The translations under genes were made by a program, and so were the position numbers. DNA of 64,000 nt from Amphiscolops sp. MND2022. Its lineage: Eukaryota. Location: assembly GCA_964187785.1 (NCBI GenBank), contig OZ076409.1:67706001-67770000 (forward strand), read 5' to 3'. Every line of letters starts with the position of its first letter. Positions within the stretch are counted from its first letter, which is position 1. A model generated the notes under the pieces. The model had not been told where the DNA came from. It did not search any database and saw nothing but the letters and a program-made list of their open reading frames with translations. This document shows, one piece after another, positions 24,086 through 37,094 of the stretch.

Positions 24086-25645
24086 AACTTTCGATTCATT
24101 AACGATAGTTTTGGAACTCTCAGTTATGGTATTTATACTGTTTGTTATACATGTAAATATAGTGGTTATTTTGTGTGTTTAATATTTGACAGCAAGCTAT
24201 ACTGACAGACAGAAAGGAAACGAGTTCAAATACCTGCCTGTTCAGTATAGCTAACATAGCCGCGTACGGCATATTGACCAATCACAGCCGTGCTAGCTTC
24301 ACTTACAGTTGCTATACGTTATTTATATTTACTCGGAAAGGACCGGTCCGGCCACTTGGTTAAGCCGGTCCAAGTCATCTTGTTGCTGTACTATATTGTT
24401 GATTGAATAAATAAAGTAAGGACTGACTCGGCTTACGAGTTAATTAGTCCTATCAAATGGATTAGTGACGCTTTTATATGGTTTGAAATAAGGCCCAATA
24501 CGGCTATTCGCCAAGATGATTGCTACTTAACTTTGATCATGATATGAAATGATGCTATATATATACACTAATGAATGAAATACATATAAGGCTTTCTCCC
24601 AATGAATAGATATAATTGGGAGGCAAGTGCTGTAATATTACCTGAGTGTGAAATATTTGAAATATCCCTCATGGCGTTTGGCCATGTAGGTCCCACATGT
24701 ATTGAATATGCATGTAATGTTATTTATACATGAAATTCGTGAACATATTTGAAGCCATTCAAACAACGCTTCCCGCCATGACCTAATTGAGTGCTTTGAT
24801 CTTGCCGCCTTCACTGGTGCTTAGTGACGTGACAATACTATTTATTGCCATGATGCAACTATTTTTAGCCCCCGAGCAGTTTATAGCATCATGACCATCG
24901 AATTTATGGGTGTCACGTTAACTTAAGTATAAATATGCCCAAGTTGGCCCTGACACACAATATCTTAGTGATACGGTTATTGTTCAGTTACTCTTATGCA
25001 AATTGTACAAGATTCACTGTTAAACCCAGTTTATATTTTCCACAGGAACAATTCAAACATTTTTTCATGGAGAAACCTTTTCAATGCCTTCCACAAGGAA
25101 ACAAAAAGCAAAAGCCAGGAAATTGAGGGAGTTAGATATGTTGTCCAACTGTGGCAACATGGACGTGATGCTAGGTGAAGGAAATTCAAACTCTATAGAA
25201 AAAGAATTAGAAAGCTTAATTAATGTCCCTGAAAGGCAGCAAGACTTTCAGTCATTCCCAAACAGAGAAAATTCATCTCAAGAGAATGAGATCAGGGACA
25301 TCGATAGAAGAAATGAGCTTGTCAGAGAGAGTAGACTAATAGAGTCAATCAATATGTTATCTGGAGAGATGAATGCCAGGATGCCACGTGAAATGGAAAC
25401 TATGAAGGACTTGATGCACTCACAAATTAGCAGGGTCATTAGCTCTGCCATAAGCGAGAGAATCTTTCCAGAGATACAAAACATGGTGGAAAATTTGCCT
25501 TTGAGTCAACATGGAGTTGAGCCGTGCACGTCCGCAAATGAGGATGGAATTAGGAATGTATGGAAGAACGCTAATACAAGATTGACAAAGAAGGACTCAA
25601 GGTCTGCTTGTGATCGGAGAGACGACACGGACAATGTTCCTTACA
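23997..25645 (+). repeat. 3' LTR (1649 bp), with TATAAATA at 24928 and a second copy of the Gag N-terminal ORF from 25084
   Basis: Direct repeat of 9854-11436; ends CCTTACA followed by TSD CCAAC. Confidence 0.95.
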
Positions 25646-27311
25646 CCAACTTTTTGCGAAAACATGGTATCCGTATCTATTGTGGGTTTTGAGAAATTTG
25701 CCTCACAAATTTGAAACGTGGGCACATGTCACCAAATCTGCCAAAAAACTCGAATATATTTGTATTTCGCAAAGCTCGCAGCCCCAAAAACTCGACCATG
25801 TGGTTATCTCACAAAGCTCGACGCCTCAAAAAACACATGTTTTAGTAGGAAAATGATTTGATAGTTTGTAATTTCAACAAGATGCTGGCAAGTGTTGCAA
25901 ATTGCTGTGAAATGAAACAAAATGCTAAATGTTTCTCAAGAAGCGTCCCAATATTGCGCCGTTCAACGTGAAGAGTTTTGGACAAAGATGTTGCTGTTAG
26001 CGTATCATTCAAAAACAAAATCTAGTTGTGAACGGTAGATCATATTTCCTTAGGCTACAGTTGTTCTAGATAACTTTTAACAACACAGTTACTTAGACAC
26101 ACCTTTTCGGATGTGAATATAAAAATTAAATGGGCGCTTCTTCAAAATAAAAATGAAGACAATTACAGTAACTAGTCTCGTTTTTCGTTTTCAGGCTCGG
26201 TAATTGCAATTCTCCCTAAACTATAAATAAGCTTCGGTGTGCAATTTGACTAACGGTGATTACTTAAACTGAGTACTTGGGAAACTATAGTGCGAAGACG
26301 TCATCGAGACTGTTAGGAGAAGAAAATGTTCCGTGCAATAATAAAAATGTACTGTAAAATTGGGCCGTACATTCATAAAAGCAGCATAGAAAAGTTTTCA
26401 GCAGCTTCAACAAGAGCGAATTGAAACAATTTTTTCAGGTTGCAAACAAAACAAGACGCCACTAAGCACCGGGATATTTTCTGCTAAAAATGTAACACAT
26501 CAGCACGGGTTCGAACCCACGACTTCGTATCTGCCAGGCAACTGCGCCATGATGACTAGAAATTACTAAATGGAGTAATAAAGTGGAGATTTGGCAGAAT
26601 TGGTAAAAAAAAACGCAACACAAATTATGATTTTCCTTCCCCCATTATATGTGGGCGGAAAATAACAATGTTTTACAATCACTTTGCTATTAGCAGAGAA
26701 CAAAACAAAGTTTAGCTTGGATACGATAGCTTGGTTGGTACCGTAAATTGCCATCTAATTCCTGCTTTTGATTATCTTCATTCACTTTTGCTAGCAGCTC
26801 CCTCAAAATTCATAGCAAGATCTTGCACGATCAATCCTATTAATGGTGTTCTTGGTATGGTTATCTTCCTTATTGGGTTTCATGAAAGAGACCACCCTAG
26901 TTAAATCTGCAGGAACTTTTTACAGGCTACAGGCCTGCATGCAGGGTAATTTTATAAAACCTAGAAAATTCTGTGAACTTCGGGTGGTGGATAAGGATAA
27001 CTGGGTTATCTTGGAAAAATCTTAGCTAAGATCGTGACAAGATATTGCCAAGAATTGCAAGATGCCATGGTAAGACCCGGGTTGTTATAAACTTCATGTT
27101 GATCTGAGAATGAACCAATCAAACGCAAATACTAAATTCCTGATTATATAAAAGTATTTATAAAAACAACTATTGATTTATTGTTACAACTATAGCACAT
27201 CCAAATTGAAAATAAGACATGGTTGAATCTTTCATCAACTGGAAATTTCCAACTCTTCCACAGTCATTGAACTCTTACATCCGGTGACAGCATAGTGATT
27301 TGATTGGTTGA

Positions 27312-27614
27312 TCAACTCAACTCAATTTGCTGTTTCTTCAAGTCCAACATGCATTTTTCAGCCTTGGCTTCAATCTCCGAGAGCTGGTCTTGAACCGATT
27401 TGAACTCGGCGTCTAAAGCATCGACTTCCTTCTTTTTCAGTTCGATTTTTTCGTGGAGACTCGTTTTCTGATCTCCACAATCTTCCAGGTCAGCTTCCCA
27501 GCTCTCGATGAGTTGTACCTTAGCTTGTTCAGCCAGAATTCCAAAATCTTCCTCAGCTGAGACACAAAAAACCCAAACGCCCACACAAATTGCTACAAAG
27601 TGAACAAGTTTCAT
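27312..27614 (-). CDS. Small secreted coiled-coil protein (100 aa), unknown family
   Basis: MKLVHFVAICVGVWVFCVSA signal-peptide pattern, then E/K-rich heptads; minus-strand AATAAA at about 27177-27182; single exon. Confidence 0.65.
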   Translation of the reverse strand: MKLVHFVAICVGVWVFCVSAEEDFGILAEQAKVQLIESWEADLEDCGDQKTSLHEKIELKKKEVDALDAEFKSVQDQLSEIEAKAEKCMLDLKKQQIELS

Positions 27615-28325
27615 TGTACTTTTTGATTGCTGTATATAAGTAAGTTCATAAAATGTGGTGAGAATATAAAACCGACAGTGTGAAGAAATTCGATTGATTA
27701 ATGCCAAAATCAAAAGTCAGTGATATGCATTTGGATAATCTGCGGCTAAAATTACGCCTAAAACGAAATGCACGCATGTGAACATATCGTTTTGTATTGA
27801 GTTTCATGATTTTATTCTGATGAGGTTTATCATTTTGATACAAGTTATAAAATATGCTCAAATTTGCAATTTGCGAAGCGAACTTGGTTTTATAATTGCT
27901 CGAGACTGTCTACAGACTCCAACAAGCTTAGTAGAGAAGGTTGCAGATGAAATTTGTTGTACGACAAAAACTCAAAGGCTGTAAACTCAAGCAGCTTTCT
28001 TCGAAAAATATCCTCAAACTTATTTCATGTGAAACCGCTTCCTTATCAGATTTATTAGAACACTATCCAGTGTATGTAGGAAAAGACCTTGTTACCATAT
28101 TCGATCGAAAGGCTCGAAACGGGACAAAATTTTTTGCAAGTTCCTAAGTTTTGCAAATTTTCCACACAGAAACATAATAAGGAATCTGCGGAAGAAGTCG
28201 TCTGAGATCGTAGCACTTGTTGAGAATTGTTCAACACTGGTTACTAACTACCTGCTCGAAAGAAAGTCGGGAATGACTATTAGAATCTACCATAGTGTTT
28301 CAGAATACAGTTACAATACAGTATA

Positions 28326-29653
28326 CCGTTGAACCTCGGTATTAAGTACCTCCGCGGAAGAGTGAAATTAACTACGTTATAACGGGAGTTACGCTATAAA
28401 AACTGAAAGATTAGTTGTGAAAATCAATTTTTGGGAAACAAAAAAATTCGGTTATGGAAAGTTGAGTTTTAGACTTCATCGAAGTTTGTTAAGCATATTC
28501 TTGCAGGTGTTCAGCATTTCTTGCTAGTCCTTCTCCGCCATTCTTCAGATAAAAATCTTGCAGTTTCTTCGCCATTTCATGACCTCCTTTACCGAGCATA
28601 TTTCAGTGACCTCTTTGTCTTCTTTCTCTTCACTTTCTTCTATTTCTTCATGCGTTTCTACTTCTGTAAGATTTTCGCTTGTCGGGAGTTCGTCGTCATT
28701 GAAAACTGCAATGACAGCCTCTTCTTCGAGAACTTGGAACACCTTGGGTGTTTCATAAATGAAACCTGCTTTCTGGAAACAGTTTAATGGTAGCTGGTGT
28801 GACTTTGTTTTGCCATACTTGCTTAATTGTAAACAGCCCAATCAGTAATGATAGATTCGCTCACTGAACCACCATGACCGTGAAACCTTCTGAACTGAAT
28901 TCCATAACGTTTCTTACATCAATCCAGTTACCCTTGACTTGCCGAAAAATCGTTCAATTGTTGTTTAGAGGCAATTACCTTCACATGTTGAAGTAACAGG
29001 TCGCCGGATACTTGAAATTTGATTCCACGCATTCGTAGAAACAATTCATATAGTTCTTCATCCAATTCCGGAAAGTTTTCGCCTTTTAACTTTCTTCTTG
29101 TTGAAGAGCAATTGGACTCATAAGCTTTAATAATATCATATTCTTTGAGCAAATTAATGGCACATCAAATTGCTGAACCTTTACACTTTTCGCCCCGCGT
29201 TCCGGTTTAATTGCTTCAAAGGCTTGGTCAATGTTTTATTTTTGAACAATAGTTCTTTGTGTTCTTTTTGAAGACATTTATCCATAAAAGAATCGGAAAG
29301 TATACAGAACAGATGTATATGATGTTAAATTAGTTCGTAAAATTGGTTTGTAATGAAAACACAAGTAACTTGCCGTTTGAATTTAGCTAGCAATCGGTTA
29401 GTAGCTCATTTATAAATTATTCTATCATGTTAGGTGTTGGAAGTTACGCTGTAATCGCTTTAAAACAATGTTTTAGTTCCTTTTGGATATTTGCTTGAAT
29501 TGCTTAAAGCTGAAATTTACTTAATGGCTATGGTACGTAATATTCAGAATTTCATTGCATATTATGCTTGATTCGGTAGTCGGGAATTGTTTTCGAGTGT
29601 TTACGGTTGAGACTTACGTAACACTGCTCGTTCTTAATGCCGCGAGTCAACTG
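28326..29653 (-). mobile_element. pogo/Tigger DNA transposon remnant with internal deletion
   Basis: CENP-B HTH (FPELDEELYELFLRMR..VSGDLL..FSASQG) and acidic C-terminal tail, no DDE domain between them; imperfect TIRs CCGTTGAACCTCGGTATTAAG / CAGTTGACTCGCGGCATTAAG flanked by TA. Confidence 0.8.
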
Positions 29654-31076
29654 TACTCTAAACAAATAGTTTTCCTGCCGAATGCGACAAAATGTCGCTA
29701 CGAACACAAGATGTTACTGTTCCGAGAAAACCAATCATCTCCTGTCACAAAGCTGCGGATACGAAGTCCCAGGGGTGTGATATATGAATGAAATTGTACG
29801 AAGATTCAATGGCGAAGTCACCAATTTCCGTAGAGGAGCTACAAAGAGAATTGCGAAACGATTACTTTTATGTATCAAGCAATTGAGATTGCCGCGTCGA
29901 ACGTAATCGGACTGGACCGAAACCCCAACTAAGATTTACCATACTGTAATGAATGAATTGAACCCCTGATTGTAAAAAAACAATTTGGACTGAAATTAAA
30001 TTAGCTCGAAACCCGAGGTATTTTGGTGGGGTATCCAAAAACGCTTGATCCAGTATCATTGAATTTGTAAAAACATTTCAGAATCAGTTTTGCAAGCAAT
30101 TTCGTAGCTTTGTAATATCACGTTCAACAACTTGTAGTTTCTACTAAATCCTAATCTAGGAGCAAGTTTTTGCAAATTTACATGTCCCATAGACGCAGTT
30201 CTGCAATTTTGTTTTATTGACAGAAACAAATCCATCCACTAGTGACGGTAACATGATTTGTTTACAAAAAAATGAGGAAAAACTATGAGCCTATAAGGTT
30301 TTCTCAAAACTGAATTTTATGTCCTATCTTAATACACTGCATTCAAGTTTCTTCCTCTGAAACATATGTCCTGTTCAAGACGGTTTCTTTTATTTGTTTT
30401 GCAATAAAAATGATTCCAGTGGATATTTTTGTTGAAAAGGCGTCTGAAAGATTGAATACGAGCTTTTTCAACTCTAAAGGCTTTCGAAAGTTGAACTAAA
30501 ATAGGTTTGAAGCGAAATCAGAAGTGAAATGCATTGTTGCTAGGTTTTTGTATTTTGATCACAGAATTTTCCAACAAAAATATTTGTAATTACCATTCAA
30601 ATTTAATATACTTTTAGTTTTACAGTTTTCGAAAATACTTTTTGTTCAGAAGTTTTTGTTCTCCCGGGTTGACCCTCCATGGATATCTTTGTTAGATCTT
30701 GGCAAAGTGTTCATTTTGCCATGGTAAGACACAAGACCATGGAATGCAGAATATGTGGACAAAAACCCCCATCAACTGCACATTTGAAGGTGTTAGGCAA
30801 AGGGAATTGGTTTTCGAAAATTGTCAATGACTGGGAAGCTAGCGAAGATATGTACAACAAAACTCAAAGCAAATGAACAACTAAGAATACAGGCAAATTA
30901 GAGTGATATGGAGTAAAGTAATAATCTAAGTTTCGATTTAGATTCAGGAAAAGTTTGGAGGAAACTAAACTGAAGTAACGTCGCAAACAATTGTACTTTT
31001 AATTTAAAAAATGATATTACTGGAAGCAGATAACAGTTAGTTCGAAACAATTGCCTAAAAGAATGAGAGTATGTAC

Positions 31077-32584
31077 TGTCGCAGCCTAGAGCTTGCGTTG
31101 GGTCCGCGGTGCAGCGATGATGGCAAATGTGTCACCCATCTACATAAAATCCCTTCAGAAACTGATTACTTCAGAAGACTAATTTCACGTAAAGTCATGT
31201 ATAACTTTTGGGTACCAGCAATGTTGAAGCTCATTTATTGTTACTTTTAATGATACTTCTTGGATGATGCTAATTTACATATTAATCATTGTACACTACA
31301 AGTGATTGATATAATTGATGCATAGTACCACTTTAAATGAAATTCTATGAAATGAATAAATTATCCAAGACCCTCACGAAGTTTTAGTGCGTACAAACTT
31401 GACATCTAACTCATCTACTACAAAAAGTTTACAGCATATTGCACTATAATTTCACGCCTTTAAAATCGTTGATTGTGACATTTAGAAGTATGACTCATCA
31501 TTACGATCTGATTGCATGTGCAGTATTATATTGAAGTAATTACTTGTGCTAAATATGACTCAAACTACATGTTACTGCGAATTTCATTAACGTCCACAAA
31601 TTGGTACCGTTAACACGCTGAAAGCGATAGCCCATCAGAATGCAGGATAATGTTGACATGTAAGAATTTATTTATAAGGATGACGTAATATGTAAACCTA
31701 TTTCTATCCTAAACTAATAAAGAGGCGCTATTCTTAGTTATTACGTGTTTATAATGTTAGCATGACACTCCTGAAAATTGTTGTCGTGTTACTAAATTTA
31801 GACCCCAAGAAAAGAAGAGTTAAGAGCCCTTAAAAAATCATTCTATAAAAAACTACTGTAGCGTTCAGACTCACTTTCTCACTTCTCAATCTTTGTCTTA
31901 TCTTGATAATTTGATGTTATGTACACCTTCTTCAACTCTATTTTTAACTCTTATTTCATTTTTCAACTTAATTAAAATTCTTCTCTCCAACAAACAACAT
32001 CTTCACCTAACTGAGATAGAGAATACAAGAAATAGAAGATTCAGACAAGCACAATCACCCTCACTTGAGAGAGAATTGAGCACATCTGAAGTAGGAACAT
32101 CACAAGTAATGAAACTATTATTGAAACTCTTAGTAATTTTGAAAATGTTGGTTCGGTTAGTGAAGGAGAAACAGCATTTGCAAGTGATTCTAAGAACGAG
32201 GACGAAATACAAATATGGACCCAAAAGATAACTGAAAAGAAAAATAAGGTAGTGTCAAACCTGAGGAAAGAAATGAATGAAAAATTGGAGAAAATGTTGA
32301 AAGAGATGAAAAATAGCAGAATCAAAAGAACACAATCTGTGCCAAGTAGAAGGTATCAAGAACAAAACACTCCTCAAGTAGGAACCTCAAAAACACAAAT
32401 AACAGGGGCGATGAAGCAAACGCATCTGAGCCAGGAAACCAAGAAAACGAAATACAGTATAATCCTTTCAAGCCATCGAATATGAATGAACTTAGAACAC
32501 CAATGCAACCTTTAAATATATAAAACTTCGATTTAAATGACTCTGTGGTCATAAATGAGGACCGCACAGGAGAGGATTATCACA
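31077..32584 (+). mobile_element. Solo LTR (1508 bp) of a related Gypsy family
   Basis: Starts TGTCGCAG like element 1, ends TATCACA, 5-bp TSD TGTAC at 31072-31076 and 32585-32589; decayed ORF in its last 570 bp or so. Confidence 0.85.
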
Positions 32585-32990
32585 TGTACTGTCCACAAGA
32601 AAACAATATTGGGATTTAAACATGCGTAACTTGGGGTCTTGACAAACCTTTGGCTATATCGTCCGCTTGCTATACCACAATGTTGGTCGCACCTTGAATC
32701 TTACTAGCTTTGCGGCAAAATTTAGTTTGTAACGATGTAACGAAGAGCCAAGAGGCAACTGATTTGTATGATAGTGTCCTTTAAAAACATTTTCGATCAT
32801 TCAAATGGCCGATGACAGCTCGTTTGTATAGTAGTTCGTTCAAGTGCTCACTTTCAAGACTTTTTAATGAAATCTTTCAATAACTTACATTAACCATACA
32901 AACTTGCTCTCTTGAGGCGCGAAAATCGTCCAGGGAATAACGTCTAATCATGTTTCAAGAATAACATCTAACATCTAAATTTATAACGTG

Positions 32991-33503
32991 TTTTTAGTCG
33001 GCGCTTTTGAAGAAAAGTGCCTGACTTTTACAGTGAGTAGTTTTTCAAGAAAAATTTCAGACGCGTATGGTCCAATTTATTGTTCATTTGTTCAACAACT
33101 TCAACCACGTAGGTTCAAAACACTCGAACCTCAGAAGCTCGTTCAAAACGAAAAGAAAAAATAAATCTGATGTCCAGACCTCGAAAACATACTAAGGACC
33201 CCCTTTGTGTATCTTGGTGTTTTTCATTCAGATTTTTTCGGGACTATGAGACTTTTTTGAAAACTTTTGGATTGCACCAAAAGGTGCCACCTTCATTTGT
33301 TTCGATATTTTGCAACAGAATGGATGCTAAAAAAAATTGTTTTTCGATTTTTTTTCTCCAAATGGTTCCCTTGTCATTTTTTTTCATTTTCCAACAAACT
33401 GGTGTTTCAAAAAGCCCAAAGGGTCCCCTTTTTACAATTTTAAAACTTTCGCGCTTTCTGAGCCTTAGATATAGCGCCGACGTTGGCCGTTACCGGCTTG
33501 TTC
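32991..33503 (+). mobile_element. Helentron/DINE-1-like element, copy 3
   Basis: tttttagtcggcgc..gcctgact 5' hairpin; gagccttagatatagcgccgac..ccggcttgtt 3' end. Confidence 0.7.
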
Positions 33504-34539
33504 AATTTTTCAGTTACGCAGCTAAAGAAATGAATAACTCGTCGAAATGGTATTCAGAAGACACTTATGTTCAGAAGACACGCTGGTATTAAGACAGAAG
33601 ATGATAAGAAAAGAGCCATTAATTTAACTTTTTTCTCAATCACGTAAATAAGAAAAAAATTGAGTGGGGACCATTACAATAGCGTAACGGCAAGCTGGCG
33701 CCCATCAAGTCAATGTTACTAGAAGGGGAAGAACATGAAGGGCAGTCTGTTACTGTTAATAATAACGAGCAGCTTCCTTTCTGTCTCAAAAACAACAGCT
33801 TAGTTGAAAATGTGTTGGTGATAACTAGTAAATTTCTTTTTTACAGGTACAAGAAGAGTAGCTCACGGCAAGAACGAGCTACATTAAACTCATAATTAAG
33901 GCTTCATTACAAAAAGCGAACTAATGCGACATAATATGTACGCTGATCAACACACAGTTGGCGTTGATTTTTTTTGTGTCCATTCATTTGTGTCAGTCTT
34001 TCTCTTGAATTCTTGGCAAGATATTGAGTGTTCTACATATTCTTGGTGCTCTTGATAAGAATCTTGCCAAGATTCTTACCAAGGGTTTCATGAAAATACA
34101 AAATTCTTACGGTTGACGTTACATAGGGGGTGTGCCTTATTTACTGTTTCTTCACTTAATGCGTGAAATGAAATTTATTGTGCTATTTGAAGGCTGAATG
34201 CGCTCGACCCATGCGCTTATGTTTGGAGTGCTGTGTTTAGCTATGACCGAGTAGTGAGACAATCACGTAGCTTTAGCAGGACACAAAATGAACCCTCTTT
34301 CACTGCTTTGAACCCACTAAAAGACAAAACTTTCCTGCCCAATAGTTTTTACCATTCTTTGAAGAAAAGTAATTTCTTGACTCGCAAAGAAAGAACAAGC
34401 AAATCAACAACACTAACAAAATCGTTCAAAAACTCATTTCTCTTGGAAAATGTGATCAACCAGGGAACAAAAGGCTGAGATTAAGGTGTCTGAGATAGTG
34501 TCATTTTTAGAACATACTAACTTTTTGCTGGGAAGATAT

Positions 34540-35873
34540 CAAAGAAATGAGCACAAGATCATTACTTTATCACAGAGGTCAGAGAGAGTTTAAATTCTTT
34601 ATTGGAAGCTCAAGCAGATGAAAAAAAGAAACGCAAATTTAGCTGTAGGTCAAGGCCCTTCTTGCAATTGCTTAAACTTTTTCCATGAAGCTGTTCCTTA
34701 AAGGTGCCAGCAACGTTCGATAGAACTTTCTTCTGAAACTCCTCTGGAAACTTTCATAATGAAATATTTTCCTGATGTATTCGACTTTTGTCAAGCTGCT
34801 TGGAAGAAGCATCAAAACTTTGGCGGCAATTTGAAGCCTCTAAGTTTTGCAGGCTTCTTTGAGAAGCAGTTCTATTTTATAATGCAACTGAGATGATGCC
34901 AATTTCACAGCCCTTTTGATGCGAATTGATTATACTGCCGTTAGAAACTGAAAACTAGCGTCTCCTTCAGCGTGATATTTGGGAAGCGGTAATTAAGGTA
35001 GATGATTAGTTGAGAAATCCCAGTGATCGTGTCGGTAACATAGTGGGAAATACTTTTGATTTCAATTTCAATAGTGGATAATGCAGAGTAAGTCTACATT
35101 ATTCACCGTGGGAAGTTTATCAAATTTTCAAAATTGTTTAAAAAATTACCCTGCATGCAGGCCTGCAGTATAAAAAACGTTCCAGCAGTCTCGACTAGGG
35201 GAATAATGCGGTTGAAAATACAAACCGTGGTTTCGGCAGTGACAGGATGTTGAAGATTATAGCAAAACTCACAACTGACTTGAATCAAAGAACATCCGAA
35301 GACTCAATGAAATAAGAGTTTCCCCTGGTTGGAATTACTTGAACTTTTTACATGTTTTTGTAGGTTACCAAGCTAATTTTCCATGATTTTAAAAAATTCT
35401 CGAAGAAACGTCCATGAATTAAAACTTCACGGAATCAATTAAATTTTATCAAGCTGCCTGTAAGATGCATCCTAAATTTGGCGGCAATTCTGCGCTGCAA
35501 AATTTTGCAGGTTTCATGAAGACGCCGTTCTAATTTTGAAAGCAGCTCAGACCTTCATCAATTTTGCCGCAATTTCATTGCAAATAAACCTCAGTCACCT
35601 TATAAGTTTTAAAGTAGTGTCACATTCAGCGGGCTATTTGACTAACGGTGTTGAGTTAGGTACTTACATGAGAAACTTACGCGTGAAAACAAAGTGATCG
35701 CTGCGGCGAAGAAGTAAAAATGCTTTCAGTTTAATTCAAATAGTGAAGGCTGCATTGTAATCCTACAAAATGTTTCCATGAATGGTGCCAGAATTTTCCA
35801 TGTTTTGTAAAAAAGAATTAGCCTGCATGTTTCCATGCAGCATGTAAAAAGTTCAAGCAATCTCGACTAGGGT
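34540..35873. repeat. Two diverged tandem copies (about 660 bp) of a MITE-like family ending TCTCGACTAGGG
   Basis: tcaagctgc..aagcatc..tttggcggcaatt..ttttgcagg at about 34792 and 35449; ends at 35200 and 35872; related termini at 260-310 and inverted at 26894-26960. Left boundary approximate. Confidence 0.6.
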
Positions 35874-36169
35874 CTAGATGTACATTTCCTGAAGAGCAAT
35901 TGACTTTACAATTTACGGGAGGGTTATTCTTCAGATAGAAGTTCGTACTTGTACGTTGCGAGACACAGCTAACATATGTGGTGACACTAGGTACCTGGGA
36001 CCGGTACAGAACTCCGAGGATGCAAGAAATGTGAATAGTAAAAGGTAGATGTCGTGCTCTATTTTAAAATCTTATCAACCAAACTGAGAGAGCGGGAAAT
36101 TTCTGATGTCATACAAAGTGTCAATAAAATGTTATATAGAACTTCTATTGTTCTACATATAACAACTTC

Positions 36170-37094
36170 TTTTTAGTCGGCGCCATTTCCCTTAAGGAAA
36201 AAAGCCCGACTATTACAGTGGGTATTTTTAGTCGGCGCCTTTTCCCTTAAGGAAAAAAGCCCGACTCTTACAGTGAGTAGTTTTTTTTTTTTTGTTTTTT
36301 TCAGTTGACAATCTCACTCTGAGTGGTCCACTTTTCTTACAATTCTGCAATTCTGCGCAGAAGGCAAACTTTACTCCAAAGGGTCCCCCTTTCAGTTTTT
36401 ACTTTTTCAAGGAAACATACACAACCGGACGTGCCCAAAGGGTCCCCCCTTTGGATTTTTTTCGGCATTTTGCGACTTAAAAAATACTTTTTTTCGAAAA
36501 AAATTTCAAAAATAATTTTTTTGAAAATTTTTTTTCCAAATTTTTACAATAGTTGTTCCTTGAATATTTTTGAGCCTAAGATATGGCGCCGACTTGGGAC
36601 GTTCCCGTCTTGTTTTTCTTTTTCAGCCCACAATCTCACTCTGAATGGTCCACTTTTCTTACAATCTTTGTTCATTTGTTCAACTAAATTTCTGAGACGC
36701 CGGAGATCGTGGGTTCGATTCTCGCTCTAAACCACAAAATTTTATGCTTCAAAAAGTAGATGCGAGACCAAAGGTTTTCTTTCGCTTGATTTTTTTCGTT
36801 TTTTTCGGCAGTATGCGACTTTTTTTCGAAAATTTTCGGATTCTATCAAAGGGTAACCCCTTGCATTTTTTTTGAAGTTTTCGGTTTGTAAAAACGTTTA
36901 ATGAGCCTGAATGGTCTCTTTTTTGAGTTTTTCGGCATTGTGCGCATTTCTAAAAAAAATACTTTTTTTCGGAAAAAAAATTTCAAAAATTTTTTTGAAA
37001 AAAAAAGAATTTTTCCAAATGTTTCCAATAGTTGTTCTTTGAATATTTTTGAGCCTTAGATATGGCGCCGACTTGAGACGATCCCGTCTTGTTT
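36170..37094 (+). mobile_element. Two head-to-tail Helentron/DINE-1-like copies; the first has a duplicated 5' hairpin
   Basis: ttttagtcggcgcc..cccttaaggaaaaaagcccgact twice (36170-36275); 3' end ggcgccgacttg.gacg.tcccgtcttgttt at about 36585-36616 and 37064-37094. Confidence 0.75.

Larger units (their letters stand above)
9854..25645 (+). mobile_element. Full-length, decayed Ty3/Gypsy LTR retrotransposon (15.8 kb) with extra genes
   Basis: Paired LTRs TGTCGCAG...CCTTACA, 5-bp TSD CCAAC at 9849-9853 and 25646-25650, PBS, PPT, domain order gag-PR-RT-RH-IN. Confidence 0.96.

Noticed and set aside
26500..26550. tRNA gene suggested by GGGTTCGAACCC
   Set aside because: Only a B-box-like fragment, no cloverleaf; probably SINE debris.
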